Shown here: positions 50,329 through 60,724 of the stretch, one piece after another
How positions within the stretch are numbered: the stretch's first letter is position 1
Layout of the letters: each line of letters starts with the position of its first letter
NCBI GenBank assembly: GCA_964607655.1
Contig: CAZSKX010000002.1
Location: 77,327-141,326 of the forward strand
Direction: 5' to 3'
Length of the DNA stretch: 64,000 nt
Source of the DNA: an uncultured Candidatus Saccharibacteria bacterium
GTDB lineage: Bacteria; Patescibacteriota; Minisyncoccia; Phycocordibacterales; Phycocordibacteraceae
Notes under the pieces: generated by a model
The model's database searches: none
What the model saw: only the letters and a program-made list of their open reading frames with translations
What the model was told of the DNA's origin: nothing
Position numbers and translations under genes: made by a program

Positions 50329-50754
50329 ATGAGTCCCGCCGTTATCTATGCCTTGCTCTCAGCTTTTTTTGCCTCGTTAGTGGCTATTTTTGCCAAGATC
50401 GGGATCAAGGATGTCGACAGTAATCTGGCCGTTGCTATCCGTACAGTGGTTATCGTGTTCTTTGCGTGGGCCATCGTGCTGATCCAAGGGAACGCGGGAG
50501 ATCTATTCAAACTTTCTAAACACACCTATCTCTTCCTGATTCTTTCGGCGATCGCGACTGGTCTCTCGTGGCTTTTCTATTATCACGCACTTCAGCTCGG
50601 CGAGGCGTCGCGTGTGGCACCGATCGACAAGCTCTCCATCGCGCTTACGATCCTGCTCGCGTTTATTTTTCTCGGTGAGGCGCCGACCTTAGGTAACGTG
50701 ACCGGCGGCGTGCTCGTGACGCTCGGCGTTCTCGCCACAGTCTTCCTGAAATAA
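50329..50754 (+). CDS. EamA-like small DMT-family transporter (4 TM)
   Basis: 141 aa, EamA-type TM pattern (ASRVAPIDKLSIALTILLAFIFLGE). Confidence 0.65.
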   Translation: MSPAVIYALLSAFFASLVAIFAKIGIKDVDSNLAVAIRTVVIVFFAWAIVLIQGNAGDLFKLSKHTYLFLILSAIATGLSWLFYYHALQLGEASRVAPIDKLSIALTILLAFIFLGEAPTLGNVTGGVLVTLGVLATVFLK

Positions 50755-50830
50755 GCTCTTGTGCTCGGGCGCTAAAGGCGTACCATTAGTACAGTTTGAT
50801 CTTCATCAATAGGTAAGGAGGTAGGGGCCA

Positions 50831-51445
50831 ATGAGACGAAAGAAAGTTCTGGTCGCCGACGCTTTCAGTAACGGCGACGACGTCACTCCGGTTCTGCTCA
50901 GAGGGCAGGGCTGGGATCCGAAGGACTTCGAGATCGTGTACTGCAACGGGAACCCGAATGTGGTCGGCATGTTCCGAGCAGATCGGCGCTCGCTCGGTGT
51001 CTTCCCGATCTACAACTCGCGTCTCGGGCGTGAGATCCCTGAGGTCACTCAGCGGCTGGAGGAGATGAGGCGCGAAGGCTGCTCCTTTCGGCAGCTGGCA
51101 ATGGTCGATCATCCGGTGAGTCACTGTCTCATGGTGCCGAGGTTCATCAACAAGCTGGTCGATGTGACCAGAGTGATGTCGCACCATGAAGCGCTGGCGC
51201 AGTGCGAAGGGTTTCTCGATCACTTCGGCATCGGCAAGAAGGATCGCTTCCCGTGCCCGTCGACGGGGCACGCGGCACAAGAGCTTGCTCGATACCACGG
51301 TAGCGAAGAGGGGTACGACGGCCTCGCGGCCATCGCCCCCATGTCGGCAGCACGGCACCTCGATCTGAGGGTTCTCGTCGAGATCGTCGACAACGATCCG
51401 AGGGTCTTCACAAGGTTCTTGCTCCTCGGGCACGACGAAATCTGA
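50831..51445 (+). CDS. Prephenate-dehydratase (PDT) domain protein lacking an ACT domain
   Basis: SHHEALAQCEGFL and C-terminal TRFLLLG match the PDT signature regions. A strong SD AAGGAGG sits 10 nt upstream. The opposite-strand ORF 50786-51463 is rejected. Confidence 0.6.
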   Translation: MRRKKVLVADAFSNGDDVTPVLLRGQGWDPKDFEIVYCNGNPNVVGMFRADRRSLGVFPIYNSRLGREIPEVTQRLEEMRREGCSFRQLAMVDHPVSHCLMVPRFINKLVDVTRVMSHHEALAQCEGFLDHFGIGKKDRFPCPSTGHAAQELARYHGSEEGYDGLAAIAPMSAARHLDLRVLVEIVDNDPRVFTRFLLLGHDEI

Positions 51446-51488
51446 AGAAGGCCGGCGCACCACGGTGCGCCGGCCTCTCCCCTTTTCG
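51446..51488 (+). terminator. Rho-independent terminator
   Basis: ggccggcgcacc-acg-gtgcgccggcc followed by tctcccctttt. Confidence 0.7.
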
Positions 51489-51513
51489 GAAGAGTATTTT
51501 ATACTGGCGATAT

Positions 51514-52278
51514 ATGAAAAATATTTATGCTGGAGTTATTGCGGTATTGGTAGTGGTTGCGGCAGTGTTGTCGCTTATGTATGGGCCTAAGGCGCAGGCA
51601 CCAGGCGCAGAAGGCCTCGCCACGTACTCAAACCCGGAGATCGGTCTTGAGTTTGCGTACCGGACCGGACCGAAGGGATATGTGATCAACGAGGCGATCC
51701 CGATGGCCGTTGACCCGATACTCTTCCGCTTTATTCACGTAGTGCCCGCTGAAGTGGCAAACCAGACGCCACCCGAGGGAGGGGAGGGTCCGGCACAGAT
51801 CTCTATCAGCGTATACAAGAATGTGAACAATGAGTGGTCAGGCCAGTGGGCCGAGAGTCACCCGCAGTACAGCAACATCCAGCTGAAGATGGGCGAGGTG
51901 AAGGAGGTGGTTGTCGGTGGGGCGAACGCAGTTGAATATGCTCGTGACGGTCTCTACCCAGCCACCGTCGTCGTCGTAGCGCACGGGGGATTTGTCTATG
52001 TGTTTGACGGCGCGTACCTCGACAAGGACTCAGACCTATACAAAGACTTTCTGCCGCTTGTCGCCACAGTGAAATTTATCCCGCTTGAAGAAGATAATAC
52101 TGCCACGACGGGGAAGTTGAACATCGACGAGGTGTGTCAGGGAGCGCTTGCGTATATGAGCTTCCCGAGTGCTGCCGAGGCAGATGCGTTTGTCGCGGAG
52201 TGTAAGGAAGGGAAGCGCCCCGAAGTGATCGAGAAATATAAAGCCGACAATAACCTGGGCGATGGTCGAGCGATCTAG
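51514..52278 (+). CDS. Hypothetical membrane-anchored or secreted protein
   Basis: N-terminal TM or signal anchor; 254 aa. Confidence 0.5.
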   Translation: MKNIYAGVIAVLVVVAAVLSLMYGPKAQAPGAEGLATYSNPEIGLEFAYRTGPKGYVINEAIPMAVDPILFRFIHVVPAEVANQTPPEGGEGPAQISISVYKNVNNEWSGQWAESHPQYSNIQLKMGEVKEVVVGGANAVEYARDGLYPATVVVVAHGGFVYVFDGAYLDKDSDLYKDFLPLVATVKFIPLEEDNTATTGKLNIDEVCQGALAYMSFPSAAEADAFVAECKEGKRPEVIEKYKADNNLGDGRAI

Positions 52279-52301
52279 GTTGGTGGAATAGAAAAAACGA
52301 T

Positions 52302-52928
52302 ATGAATGATAAAAACGCGATAATCGGGTGGGTTGTTCTCGGGCTTCTCGTGGCAGGCTTGCTTCTGTGGTCGTCAAAGCTTAAGACCGCAACGCCTGAA
52401 GTGATGCCGATTACAGTAGCCGATCCGACCGGCTTGCCGGGGCTCCAAACAGGTGTAGCGCCATGGGATCGGAGCATTGAGGGCGTCAAGGAGCGCATGG
52501 CAGCGAGCAACCTAGAGCTCCTCAAGGCTGAGGGGCAAGTACTGCATATCCACCAGCACCTCGATATCTTTATAAACGGGCAAGTGGTTAAGGTACCCGG
52601 CAATATCGGTGTCGGCGCGGGTTGGATCTCGCCGATCCACAGTCACGATGACTCAGGCATTATTCATATCGAGTCGCCCTACGTAGCAACCTTTACTCTC
52701 GGGCATTTCTTTGATGTATGGGGAGTCAAGCTCACGAGAGATGCGATTGGAGGCCACGTGGCCGATACCACCAATAAGTTGCGCGTCTACGTAAATGGTG
52801 ACCTCTACGAGGGTGACCCGCGCACGCTCGAGCTCGGTGAGCGACAACAGATCACGATCGTGTACGGGACCGATGCCGAAACGCCGGAACAGATTCCGTC
52901 TTCGTACCAGTTTCCCGAAGGGTATTAG
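52302..52928 (+). CDS. Hypothetical membrane-anchored His-rich protein
   Basis: An N-terminal TM helix and His clusters (LHIHQHLD, SPIHSHDDSGIIHIE). A terminator follows at 52942-52978. Confidence 0.5.
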   Translation: MNDKNAIIGWVVLGLLVAGLLLWSSKLKTATPEVMPITVADPTGLPGLQTGVAPWDRSIEGVKERMAASNLELLKAEGQVLHIHQHLDIFINGQVVKVPGNIGVGAGWISPIHSHDDSGIIHIESPYVATFTLGHFFDVWGVKLTRDAIGGHVADTTNKLRVYVNGDLYEGDPRTLELGERQQITIVYGTDAETPEQIPSSYQFPEGY

Positions 52929-52983
52929 AGAAGCGTAATAAAAAACGCCGCGCCCTAGGGCGCGACGTTTTTCGTAGGGGTGA

Positions 52984-53877
52984 TTACAGGCTCGTTATGA
53001 ATGAGCCAACGAATGAGGTCGAGACGTTTCCAACAGCGTCTTTCGATTCAACCAGGTAACGATAGGTCGTTGACGCGGTGAGACCAGAGAGTTTGAAGTT
53101 GTGGCTCGTCGAGAGACTGGTGGTTGCCACCGTGCTGGCAGTGTTCGCGTTGAACGTAGTTGCCGAACTGTAGTAGACCTTGCCGGTCGCGCTCTCATTA
53201 GTCGTCCACGAGATCTTGGCAGTGGTCGAGGCGATATTCGAGACCGCAATACTTACGAGCGATGGGGCCGTTGTGTCGGAGAGAGCCTTCGTGGTGAAGG
53301 TGTAGTCGGCCGAGACGGTGAGGTTGCCTGCGGCGTCCTTCGAGCGTACGCGGTAGTGGTGCGTCGCGTTTGGCGTGAGACCTGAGAGGCGCGTCGGGTG
53401 ATTGAAGGTCAGGCTTGTATTGAGCGGAGTCGTCTGACCATAAGCAGTCGTCGTGCCGTACTCTACCTGACCAGTGGTGCGCTCGTTTGTATTCCAACCG
53501 ATGCGGGCAGTAGAGGTGCCGATGTTGCTCACGTGGATAAAGAAGAGCTTGGGAGCCGTCGTGTCTGGGCTGGTAGTTGGAGGATTATTGTCTCCGCCAC
53601 CAGGACGTGAGTCGAGTCCGAGCTTCATGCTGATCCCGAAGGGGAGTGAGCAGGTTGCGTCGACTGACACGGCGCCATTCTTCTTAATCCAACCTGGAGC
53701 GACCAAGTGCCCGAATGCCTTGAGACAGCCGGAAGGTTTCTTTGCTTCTATCTGGGCACGGACAGCGCCCTCGGCTTCGATGTGGGGATTGCCCTTCGCG
53801 AGGCTGGCCGCTGGGGCAAGCGCGATCGAAAGCACTACTGCAGAACTGGCGATCTTAGTAAGAGCAGAATACATCAT
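52984..53877 (-). CDS. Secreted protein with two fibronectin-type-III-like repeats
   Basis: Signal peptide. Two repeats (IGWNTNERTTGQVEYG...HHYRVRSKDAAGN and ISWTTNESATGKVYYSS...YRYLVESKDAVGN) resemble purple-acid-phosphatase N-terminal Fn3 domains. Confidence 0.65.
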   Translation of the reverse strand: MMYSALTKIASSAVVLSIALAPAASLAKGNPHIEAEGAVRAQIEAKKPSGCLKAFGHLVAPGWIKKNGAVSVDATCSLPFGISMKLGLDSRPGGGDNNPPTTSPDTTAPKLFFIHVSNIGTSTARIGWNTNERTTGQVEYGTTTAYGQTTPLNTSLTFNHPTRLSGLTPNATHHYRVRSKDAAGNLTVSADYTFTTKALSDTTAPSLVSIAVSNIASTTAKISWTTNESATGKVYYSSATTFNANTASTVATTSLSTSHNFKLSGLTASTTYRYLVESKDAVGNVSTSFVGSFITSL

Positions 53878-54128
53878 ATATTTTAACTTTTTGATTATTA
53901 TGGGCTACAGAAAGGAAGACGGCTCGGGCGGAGTATACTTACCGCGAATGGTTCAATGAGTTTTTCACACGTCAAGATTTCGTACTGATGAGCTTTGTGG
54001 TACAAAGCTAGATACGTCACTTCACTCCTTTGGAGTGGGGTGAACTCGTTTGAACCTGCAAACGAGAACTTGGGGCGACCATAGGGGGCGCACTGAGTGG
54101 GGAACCAGGATGTAAGGAGTTCTTTCCC

Positions 54129-54950
54129 ATGCACAAGCACCTGTTCACGAAACTCACCGCGCTCGCCGCGGTGGTTCTCCTCGCAACGGCCTTCGTCCCG
54201 CGTGCGGCCGAGGCGTCGATCGCCTTGCCGCCCCAGGACCACATCGTGGCGGCGGTGATCGCCGTCGATCTCGAGTGCACCAACTCGCCGGGCCCGAGCG
54301 TCACCGTCTCCGGCTTCACGACCATCGGGACCTTCCCGGTGACCGTGGGGTACTGGCAGAACAAGAACAAGAACGGCGAGCTCACGCTCGTCGAGGCGGT
54401 CGACGTCGAGGTCGGGTTTCAGGACCCGGTCGTCTGGGCGAAGCAGCGCTTCACCGGCAACCCCGAGGTCCTCGGCCAGCTCCTCGACGAGAACGGCAAC
54501 GTCATCGTCGACTGGGTCAGCTTCGGCAAGTGCGTCGGCGGCAAGAAGTCGCGCTTCTACCTGACGACTCCCATCGAGCTGGTCAAGCACCTCCTCGTCG
54601 CGAGCATCGAATGCCGGAACAGTCCGGGGCCGCAGATCACGATCGGCGGCGCGATCAAGCTCAAGGAGGGCGTGACGCTCAAGCTGAAGGGCAGGAACAA
54701 CGCGAAGGAAACGCACGTGCGCTACGCGACCGTCGACGCGCTCGTCCTCGACTCGTCGTACCCGCTCGAGAATCAGGTCGTCATCCCCAAGCAGATCTCC
54801 GGCGGCAACCCGGTGATCTCGGTGGACGGCAACCGGCTCGGCCGATGCAACCAGCTCAGCTCCTCGCTCCTCACGATGCTCACGCCGATGTCCTTCGGCG
54901 AGTACGTCGCGATGACCGATCCGCTCGGCGCCGAGCGCTCGCACACGTAA
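54129..54950 (+). CDS. Secreted repeat protein with extreme GC3 (compositionally foreign)
   Basis: Signal peptide MHKHLFTKLTALAAVVLLATAFVPRAAEA. Two internal repeats are built around [LI]EC[TR]NSPGP. Almost every codon ends in G or C. AAGGAG SD and a terminator at 55001-55040. Confidence 0.7.
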   Translation: MHKHLFTKLTALAAVVLLATAFVPRAAEASIALPPQDHIVAAVIAVDLECTNSPGPSVTVSGFTTIGTFPVTVGYWQNKNKNGELTLVEAVDVEVGFQDPVVWAKQRFTGNPEVLGQLLDENGNVIVDWVSFGKCVGGKKSRFYLTTPIELVKHLLVASIECRNSPGPQITIGGAIKLKEGVTLKLKGRNNAKETHVRYATVDALVLDSSYPLENQVVIPKQISGGNPVISVDGNRLGRCNQLSSSLLTMLTPMSFGEYVAMTDPLGAERSHT

Positions 54951-55078
54951 GCGCTGGTCCGCCAGCGCCGAATAACCACGCGAGAGAGGAGCTTGCGTGA
55001 ACAGAAAGAGGGCCCGGAGGTGTGTCGCGACACACCCCGGGTCTTTTTCTATACCTGCAAGTGCTATCATTTTCAGTA

Positions 55079-56374
55079 ATGCCACCAGAGCCAATAGCGC
55101 CGCCGCCGAGTCTCCGCGACGAGATCAAGGAGTATTGGGCCGAGCTTGGGCCGGGGCTCACGACCGGCGCGGCGGACGACGACCCGTCGGGTATCGCGAC
55201 CTACTCGCAGGCCGGAGCGAAGTATGGTCTCCAGCTTATCTGGGTCGCGCTCTTTACGTATCCGTTTCTCGCCGTGGTGCAGGAGATGTGCGCACGGATC
55301 GGACTCGTCACCGGCCGCGGCCTTGCCGCGAATATCCGCAAGCACTACTCGGCTCGTTCTCTCTATCTGGTGACGACGTTACTCTTCTTCGCTAATGTGC
55401 TGAACATTGCTGCCGATCTTGGTGCGATGGCGGCAGCGACACAGCTTCTCGTGCCGGGACTCTCTGCGCCGCTCCTCGTAATTGGGTTTGGGTTTTTTAG
55501 CCTCGCGCTCCAGATCCTCACTCCCTACGGACGGTACGCGCAGTATCTGAAATATCTCACCTTCGCGCTGCTTTCGTATGTGGCGGTTGCGTTCGTGGTC
55601 GGCCTTGATTGGGGAGAGGTGATCATGCGCACCCTCACCCCAACGATCGTATTCTCTCGCGAGCAGATCATCCTACTCTGCGCGATCTTTGGCACGACGA
55701 TCTCGCCATACCTCTTCTTCTGGCAGACCTCGCAGGAGGTGGAGGAAGAGATCTTGCACGGGCAGACTTCGATCAAGGCGCGGCGGAGTCTCGCGAACCC
55801 TGGCGCACTGCGCGTGATGCGGAGGGATGTCTGGAGCGGAATGGCTTTTTCTAACGTCGTTACCTTCTTTATCTTTGCCGCATGTGCGGGGACTCTCTAT
55901 GTGAGCGGCGTACGCGATATTACGACCGCCACTCAGGCAGCAGCAGCGCTCGCTCCCTTTGGCCCCTTCGCGACGACGCTCTTCGCGATCGGCATTATCG
56001 GTACGGGGTTGCTCGCCGTGCCCATCCTCGCGGGATCGACCGCCTACGCGATCGCCGAGAGCTTCGGCTGGCGCTCCGGACTCTTCAGAAAGTTTAAGCA
56101 GGCACTCGCGTTCTATGGCGTCATTATCGTTTCCATGGGGCTCGGGATGGTGATCAATCTGCTCAAGATCGACCCGATCCATATGTTGATCTACGCCGCA
56201 GCGACCAACGGCATCATCGCACCCTTTATTCTCTACTTCGTGGTGCGCCTCTCGGGCAATCGACACGTGATGGGGGAGTATAAAAATGGTCGGTTCGCAA
56301 GCACTATCGGCTGGATGACGATTGTTGGAATGATGGTCGCTGGTATTGCCGCGCTTTTGGCGATGTTCAGCTAA
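55079..56374 (+). CDS. NRAMP-family divalent metal transporter (MntH-like)
   Basis: DPSGIATYSQAGAKYG NRAMP motif; 11-12 TM. The start is the internal Met (the track ORF begins at 55022). Confidence 0.85.
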   Translation: MPPEPIAPPPSLRDEIKEYWAELGPGLTTGAADDDPSGIATYSQAGAKYGLQLIWVALFTYPFLAVVQEMCARIGLVTGRGLAANIRKHYSARSLYLVTTLLFFANVLNIAADLGAMAAATQLLVPGLSAPLLVIGFGFFSLALQILTPYGRYAQYLKYLTFALLSYVAVAFVVGLDWGEVIMRTLTPTIVFSREQIILLCAIFGTTISPYLFFWQTSQEVEEEILHGQTSIKARRSLANPGALRVMRRDVWSGMAFSNVVTFFIFAACAGTLYVSGVRDITTATQAAAALAPFGPFATTLFAIGIIGTGLLAVPILAGSTAYAIAESFGWRSGLFRKFKQALAFYGVIIVSMGLGMVINLLKIDPIHMLIYAAATNGIIAPFILYFVVRLSGNRHVMGEYKNGRFASTIGWMTIVGMMVAGIAALLAMFS

Positions 56375-56408
56375 GTCTGAAAAGTGCACTGTGGTAGAAT
56401 CGAAGACT

Positions 56409-57182
56409 ATGAAAGAGTCTTCTGCTCATCCGGCACTTGCGATCGACAAGCTTGTAAAGACCTATGCCTCAGGCACGCAAGCCCTGAAAGGAGTATCGAT
56501 GACGGTGCCCCATGGTGACTTCTTCGCGCTCCTCGGGCCAAACGGGGCGGGGAAGACGACCCTGATCGGGATTATCTCTGGGCTTGTGAACAAGACAAGC
56601 GGGACGGTCGAAGTGTTTGGTATCGATGCAGCACTTGAGCCTGAGCGCTCGCGCACGATGATCGGGCTTGTGCCACAGGAGATGAATATGGATTTCTTTG
56701 GGAAGCCCGTCGACATCCTGGTGAACCAGGCAGGATACTATGGCATTCCACGTTCTGTCGCGATTCCGCGTGCGGAGCAGATTTTGAAGGACTTGGGCCT
56801 CTATGAAAAGCGTAATGGCCGCTCGATGGATCTCTCGGGCGGGATGAAGCGCCGCTTGATGATCGCACGCGGGATTATTCACGAACCGAAACTGCTCATC
56901 CTCGACGAGCCGACCGCTGGGGTCGATGTCGAGCTGCGCCGCAGCATGTGGGATTACCTTAAGCAGCTCACCGCCAAGGGCGTAACGATTCTCCTTACCA
57001 CTCACTATCTCGAAGAGGCCGAACAGCTCGCTAAGCACGTGGCGATTATTAACCGTGGGAACATCGTAGCGGGGGGCACGCTCGACGAGGTGCTCGCGCT
57101 CCACGACGAATCGGCGCACGAGGGAGGTTACCGCGGAGGTAAGCTCGAAGAGGTGTTTCTCCAGCTCACCAAAGAAAAATAA
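56409..57182 (+). CDS. ABC transporter ATP-binding protein (ABC-2 type)
   Basis: Walker A GPNGAGKTT, signature LSGGMKRRLMIARGI, Walker B LLILDEPT. Confidence 0.9.
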   Translation: MKESSAHPALAIDKLVKTYASGTQALKGVSMTVPHGDFFALLGPNGAGKTTLIGIISGLVNKTSGTVEVFGIDAALEPERSRTMIGLVPQEMNMDFFGKPVDILVNQAGYYGIPRSVAIPRAEQILKDLGLYEKRNGRSMDLSGGMKRRLMIARGIIHEPKLLILDEPTAGVDVELRRSMWDYLKQLTAKGVTILLTTHYLEEAEQLAKHVAIINRGNIVAGGTLDEVLALHDESAHEGGYRGGKLEEVFLQLTKEK

Positions 57183-57183
57183 T

Positions 57184-57960
57184 ATGCCCGCCTATCAAAA
57201 ATGGATTGCGTTCTACACCATCATCCGTAAAGATACGGCCCGCATGCTGCGTATCTGGCCGCAAACCTTTCTACCCTCGGTGGTGACTTCATCGCTCTAC
57301 TTCCTCATCTTCGGCGCGTTTCTCGGTAGCCGTATCGGGGAGGTTCAAGAAGTGCCTTATATTTTGTTTGTCGTGCCCGGACTCGTGATGCTCGCGGTGG
57401 TGACCCAGTCCTACGCCAATACCTCCTTCGTCATGTTTTCGTCGAAATTCTTTGGACGTAACATCGATGAGATTCTCGTTTCTCCAACACCGCCCTGGCT
57501 TCTCGTTGCCGGCTATGTCGCCGGTGGTGTTATCCGCGGCATCATTGTGGGGGTCTTGGTGCTCGCGGTGTCGCTATTCTTCACCAAGCTCGTTGTTGCA
57601 AACGCCTTCGTCATCGCGCTCTTTCTCGTGCTTACTAGCATAGTATTCTCGCTCGCGGGGCTGGTGAACGGCGTCTACGCCAAGGGGATGGACGGTATCA
57701 GTATTGTGCCGACCTTTGTGCTCACGCCGCTCGTCTATCTCGGCGGGGTGTTCTACTCGGTGGAGTCGCTCCCAGGCTTCTGGCAGGGGGTGACGCAGGT
57801 GAACCCGATCTTTTATCTGATTAACGGCTTCCGCTATGGATTCCTCGGATTCTCTGACGTGCCGATTCTTCACTCGGTCGGGCTGCTGCTCGTACTTATG
57901 GTTGTCTTGGTCGCAGTTGCGATCTATCTGATCCGCAATGGCCTGGGGCTTAAGCAGTAA
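57184..57960 (+). CDS. ABC-2-type transporter permease
   Basis: 6 TM ABC-2 membrane domain; coupled to the upstream ATPase. Confidence 0.85.
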   Translation: MPAYQKWIAFYTIIRKDTARMLRIWPQTFLPSVVTSSLYFLIFGAFLGSRIGEVQEVPYILFVVPGLVMLAVVTQSYANTSFVMFSSKFFGRNIDEILVSPTPPWLLVAGYVAGGVIRGIIVGVLVLAVSLFFTKLVVANAFVIALFLVLTSIVFSLAGLVNGVYAKGMDGISIVPTFVLTPLVYLGGVFYSVESLPGFWQGVTQVNPIFYLINGFRYGFLGFSDVPILHSVGLLLVLMVVLVAVAIYLIRNGLGLKQ

Positions 57961-57982
57961 CTGTGTATAGCTCAACCGTGGG

Positions 57983-58789
57983 ATGTGGGGGATAGTACAC
58001 TACCCATATATGCCTGAAGAAACCATCATCCCCGTGCAACCAACGCCTGTTATGAGTCCGGTAGCGTCCGCTTCGTTGCGATCTCCGGTGACTCTGCTTA
58101 AGGACGCCTGGGGTCTCTATACCTCACAGATCGGTACGTACTTGGCCATAGCCGCCATTCCTGTGGTGGTCTCCTCAGCGATTATGGCAATCGGGGCGCT
58201 TGGTGTTCTTGGAACGTTCCAGACCTTTGCGCAGACAGGTGATTTTAATCAATCAGTTATTAATGCCATTGGCGCCGTGATTCTTGGCGTGGTGCTTATG
58301 ATCATTGCGGCAGTGTGGGGTGGCGCAGCCATGCTTGCTGCGGTGACCGACTCAGATGGGCGTACTAGTGTGGGTGAGGCGTATGGGAAGGGTTGGCGCA
58401 TGTTGGGAGCCTATATATGGGTGAGCATACTCATGGGCGTGTGTGTTTTGGTCGGGTTTATACTGCTCATTATCCCAGGGATCGTTGTTGGCGTATGGCT
58501 GAGTCTCTCGATGTACGTACTCGCCGTTGAGGGGGTGCGGGGTACGGGTGCACTACGTAAAAGTAAGGCCTATGTACAGGGGCATGGGTGGGCCGTCTTC
58601 GGGAGGCTTTGTGTGCTGTATCTGCTATATGCAGTTGTTGCAATAGCGGTAGGAGCTGTGGAAAGCGCGATAAGTGTGCCTAATGAAATCGGCAGCCGCG
58701 TAGTCAGTATAATAATGGCTCCGTTTGTTGCGACCTATCTCTTTTTGATCTACAAGGATCTTAAAAATCTCTCCTCAGAAGCTCAGTAG
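57983..58789 (+). CDS. Hypothetical polytopic membrane protein
   Basis: 6 TM; no recognisable motif. Confidence 0.5.
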   Translation: MWGIVHYPYMPEETIIPVQPTPVMSPVASASLRSPVTLLKDAWGLYTSQIGTYLAIAAIPVVVSSAIMAIGALGVLGTFQTFAQTGDFNQSVINAIGAVILGVVLMIIAAVWGGAAMLAAVTDSDGRTSVGEAYGKGWRMLGAYIWVSILMGVCVLVGFILLIIPGIVVGVWLSLSMYVLAVEGVRGTGALRKSKAYVQGHGWAVFGRLCVLYLLYAVVAIAVGAVESAISVPNEIGSRVVSIIMAPFVATYLFLIYKDLKNLSSEAQ

Positions 58790-58885
58790 TGCCACAGGTC
58801 GGGTAGCAGCAGGTGCCAACAAAGTTGTGCCATCTCTAGAAGTGTTATATATTGTCGGCATTGGCCGGGAGGCCTTTTCTATTTC

Positions 58886-60703
58886 ATGGAAATTCGCAAC
58901 ATCGCTATCATCGCACACGTCGACCACGGGAAGACGGCGTTGACCGACGCCATCCTTAAGCAGACCGGGGCGGTGGTCGAGGGGACCAGCATGGACTCGA
59001 ACACCCTCGAGAAGGAGCGTGGGATCACTATCTACGCCAAGAACGCAGCAGTCGAATATAAGGGCACCAAGATCAACATCGTGGACACCCCGGGCCACGC
59101 AGACTTCGGCTCGGAGGTGGAGCGCGTGCTCCGCTCGATCGACTCGGTCTTACTCGTGGTCGATGCCCAGGAGGGGCCGATGCCGCAGACACGTTTCGTA
59201 CTTAAGAAGTCGCTCGAGCTCGGTCTTAAGCCGATAGTCATTTTAAATAAAATAGACAAGCCGGCAGCTGATCCGGCGCGTGCAGAAGAGCAGGTGCTCG
59301 AGCTTTTTCTCGAGCTCGGTGCCTCTGACGAGCAGTCAAATTTCCCTGTTATCTACGCAGTCGGACGTGATGGGGTCGCGGCACGCAAGGTAGACGATCT
59401 CCCAAGCCGTGGTGGCGCGGTCAAAGATTTGTCAGAGCTGCTCGATTTGATACTTGAGAAAGTACCTGCGGCTTCAGCGGGGCATTCGGCTGAAGGTACG
59501 CTTATGGCTCAGCCATTTAACCTCGCGTATGACAACTTCATGGGCCGGCTCGCGATCTGCCGTGTCTACGAAGGTACCATTGCACCCAACCAAACAGTGT
59601 TTGTAAAAAAACCTTCGGGCGACGTACGCTCGGGCCGCACGACCAAGATCTTTACCTTTAAAGGCTTACAGCGAGTAGAGGCAGAGAGCGCAGCAGCGGG
59701 TGATATCGTGATCGTCGCGGGCCTCCCCGACATCTACATCGGCGAGACTATTACGACCGATAAGGACGTGGCGCCTCTTCCGGCTATCGCGGTAGACGAG
59801 CCGACGATTGCGCTCAACTTCCTCGTTAACAACTCACCCTTTGCGGGGCGTGAGGGTAAGTATGTAACCAGTCGCCAGATCCGTGAGCGACTCGAGAAGG
59901 AGCTTGAAGTGAACGTGGGACTGAAGGTGGACTTTGCCTCCACGGGCCAAGCGACGACAGAATCGTTTGCGGTGTCTGGACGCGGTGAGCTCCACATCGC
60001 GATCCTTCTTGAGAATATGCGTCGCGAGGGGTACGAGCTGCAGGTCTCACAGCCGCACGTGATTATGCACGAAGAGAACGGTGTGAAGCTCGAACCATTT
60101 GAAGAAGTGGTGATCGACACTCCGAGCGAGGCGCAGGGTGCGATCATCGAGAAACTCGGCCAGCGCGCCTTCCAGCTCCAAGACCTTAAGATGGAGGGCT
60201 CGGGCGTCCGCCTCACGCTCGTCGGCCCGACGCGTGGCCTCCTCGGCTATAAGGGCATTTTCGTAATTGATACCAAGGGCGAGGGTATTCTTTCCTCACG
60301 TTTTATCGGCTTCAAGCCGTACGCCGGTGAGATCAAGAAACGCCAGGTTGGCTCGATGATCTCGATGGCCAATGGTAAAGCGCTCGGCTACTCACTCTGG
60401 AGCCTCCAAGACCGTGGTCAGCTCTATATCAAGCCAGCGATGGAAGTCTATGAAGGCATGGTGATCGGTAACACCTCAAAGGGTGAAGAGATGCTCGCGA
60501 ATCCTACAAAAGGGAAGAACCAATCGAACGTGCGCTCCTCAGGCATGGACGAGGCGCTGACCCTTGTGCCGATCTTCGATCTGACGATCGAGCGCGGGAT
60601 GGAGATTATGGGTGACGACGAATATCTTGAGATCACGCCCACTTCGGTGCGTCTGCGCAAGCAATATTTGAGCGAGAACGAGCGTTCAAAAGCACGTCGG
60701 TAG
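58886..60703 (+). CDS. typA: Translational GTPase BipA/TypA
   Basis: G1 AHVDHGKT, G3 DTPGHADF, G4 NKID. EF-G-like domains plus a BipA C-terminal domain; 605 aa. Confidence 0.95.
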   Translation: MEIRNIAIIAHVDHGKTALTDAILKQTGAVVEGTSMDSNTLEKERGITIYAKNAAVEYKGTKINIVDTPGHADFGSEVERVLRSIDSVLLVVDAQEGPMPQTRFVLKKSLELGLKPIVILNKIDKPAADPARAEEQVLELFLELGASDEQSNFPVIYAVGRDGVAARKVDDLPSRGGAVKDLSELLDLILEKVPAASAGHSAEGTLMAQPFNLAYDNFMGRLAICRVYEGTIAPNQTVFVKKPSGDVRSGRTTKIFTFKGLQRVEAESAAAGDIVIVAGLPDIYIGETITTDKDVAPLPAIAVDEPTIALNFLVNNSPFAGREGKYVTSRQIRERLEKELEVNVGLKVDFASTGQATTESFAVSGRGELHIAILLENMRREGYELQVSQPHVIMHEENGVKLEPFEEVVIDTPSEAQGAIIEKLGQRAFQLQDLKMEGSGVRLTLVGPTRGLLGYKGIFVIDTKGEGILSSRFIGFKPYAGEIKKRQVGSMISMANGKALGYSLWSLQDRGQLYIKPAMEVYEGMVIGNTSKGEEMLANPTKGKNQSNVRSSGMDEALTLVPIFDLTIERGMEIMGDDEYLEITPTSVRLRKQYLSENERSKARR

Positions 60704-60724
60704 TAATACACAGGGGGTCATTGA

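Noticed and set aside
50786-51463. 225-aa minus-strand ORF overlapping the PDT-domain gene
   Set aside because: The plus-strand frame shows PDT signature regions and a perfect SD. The minus frame has no motif and Arg/His-rich composition.
53898-55094. 398-aa minus-strand ORF and the 241-aa plus-frame ORF 54275-55000
   Set aside because: Both are Arg/Glu/Asp-rich artefacts of the about 70% GC gene at 54129-54950. Only the frame with a signal peptide and SD is protein-like.
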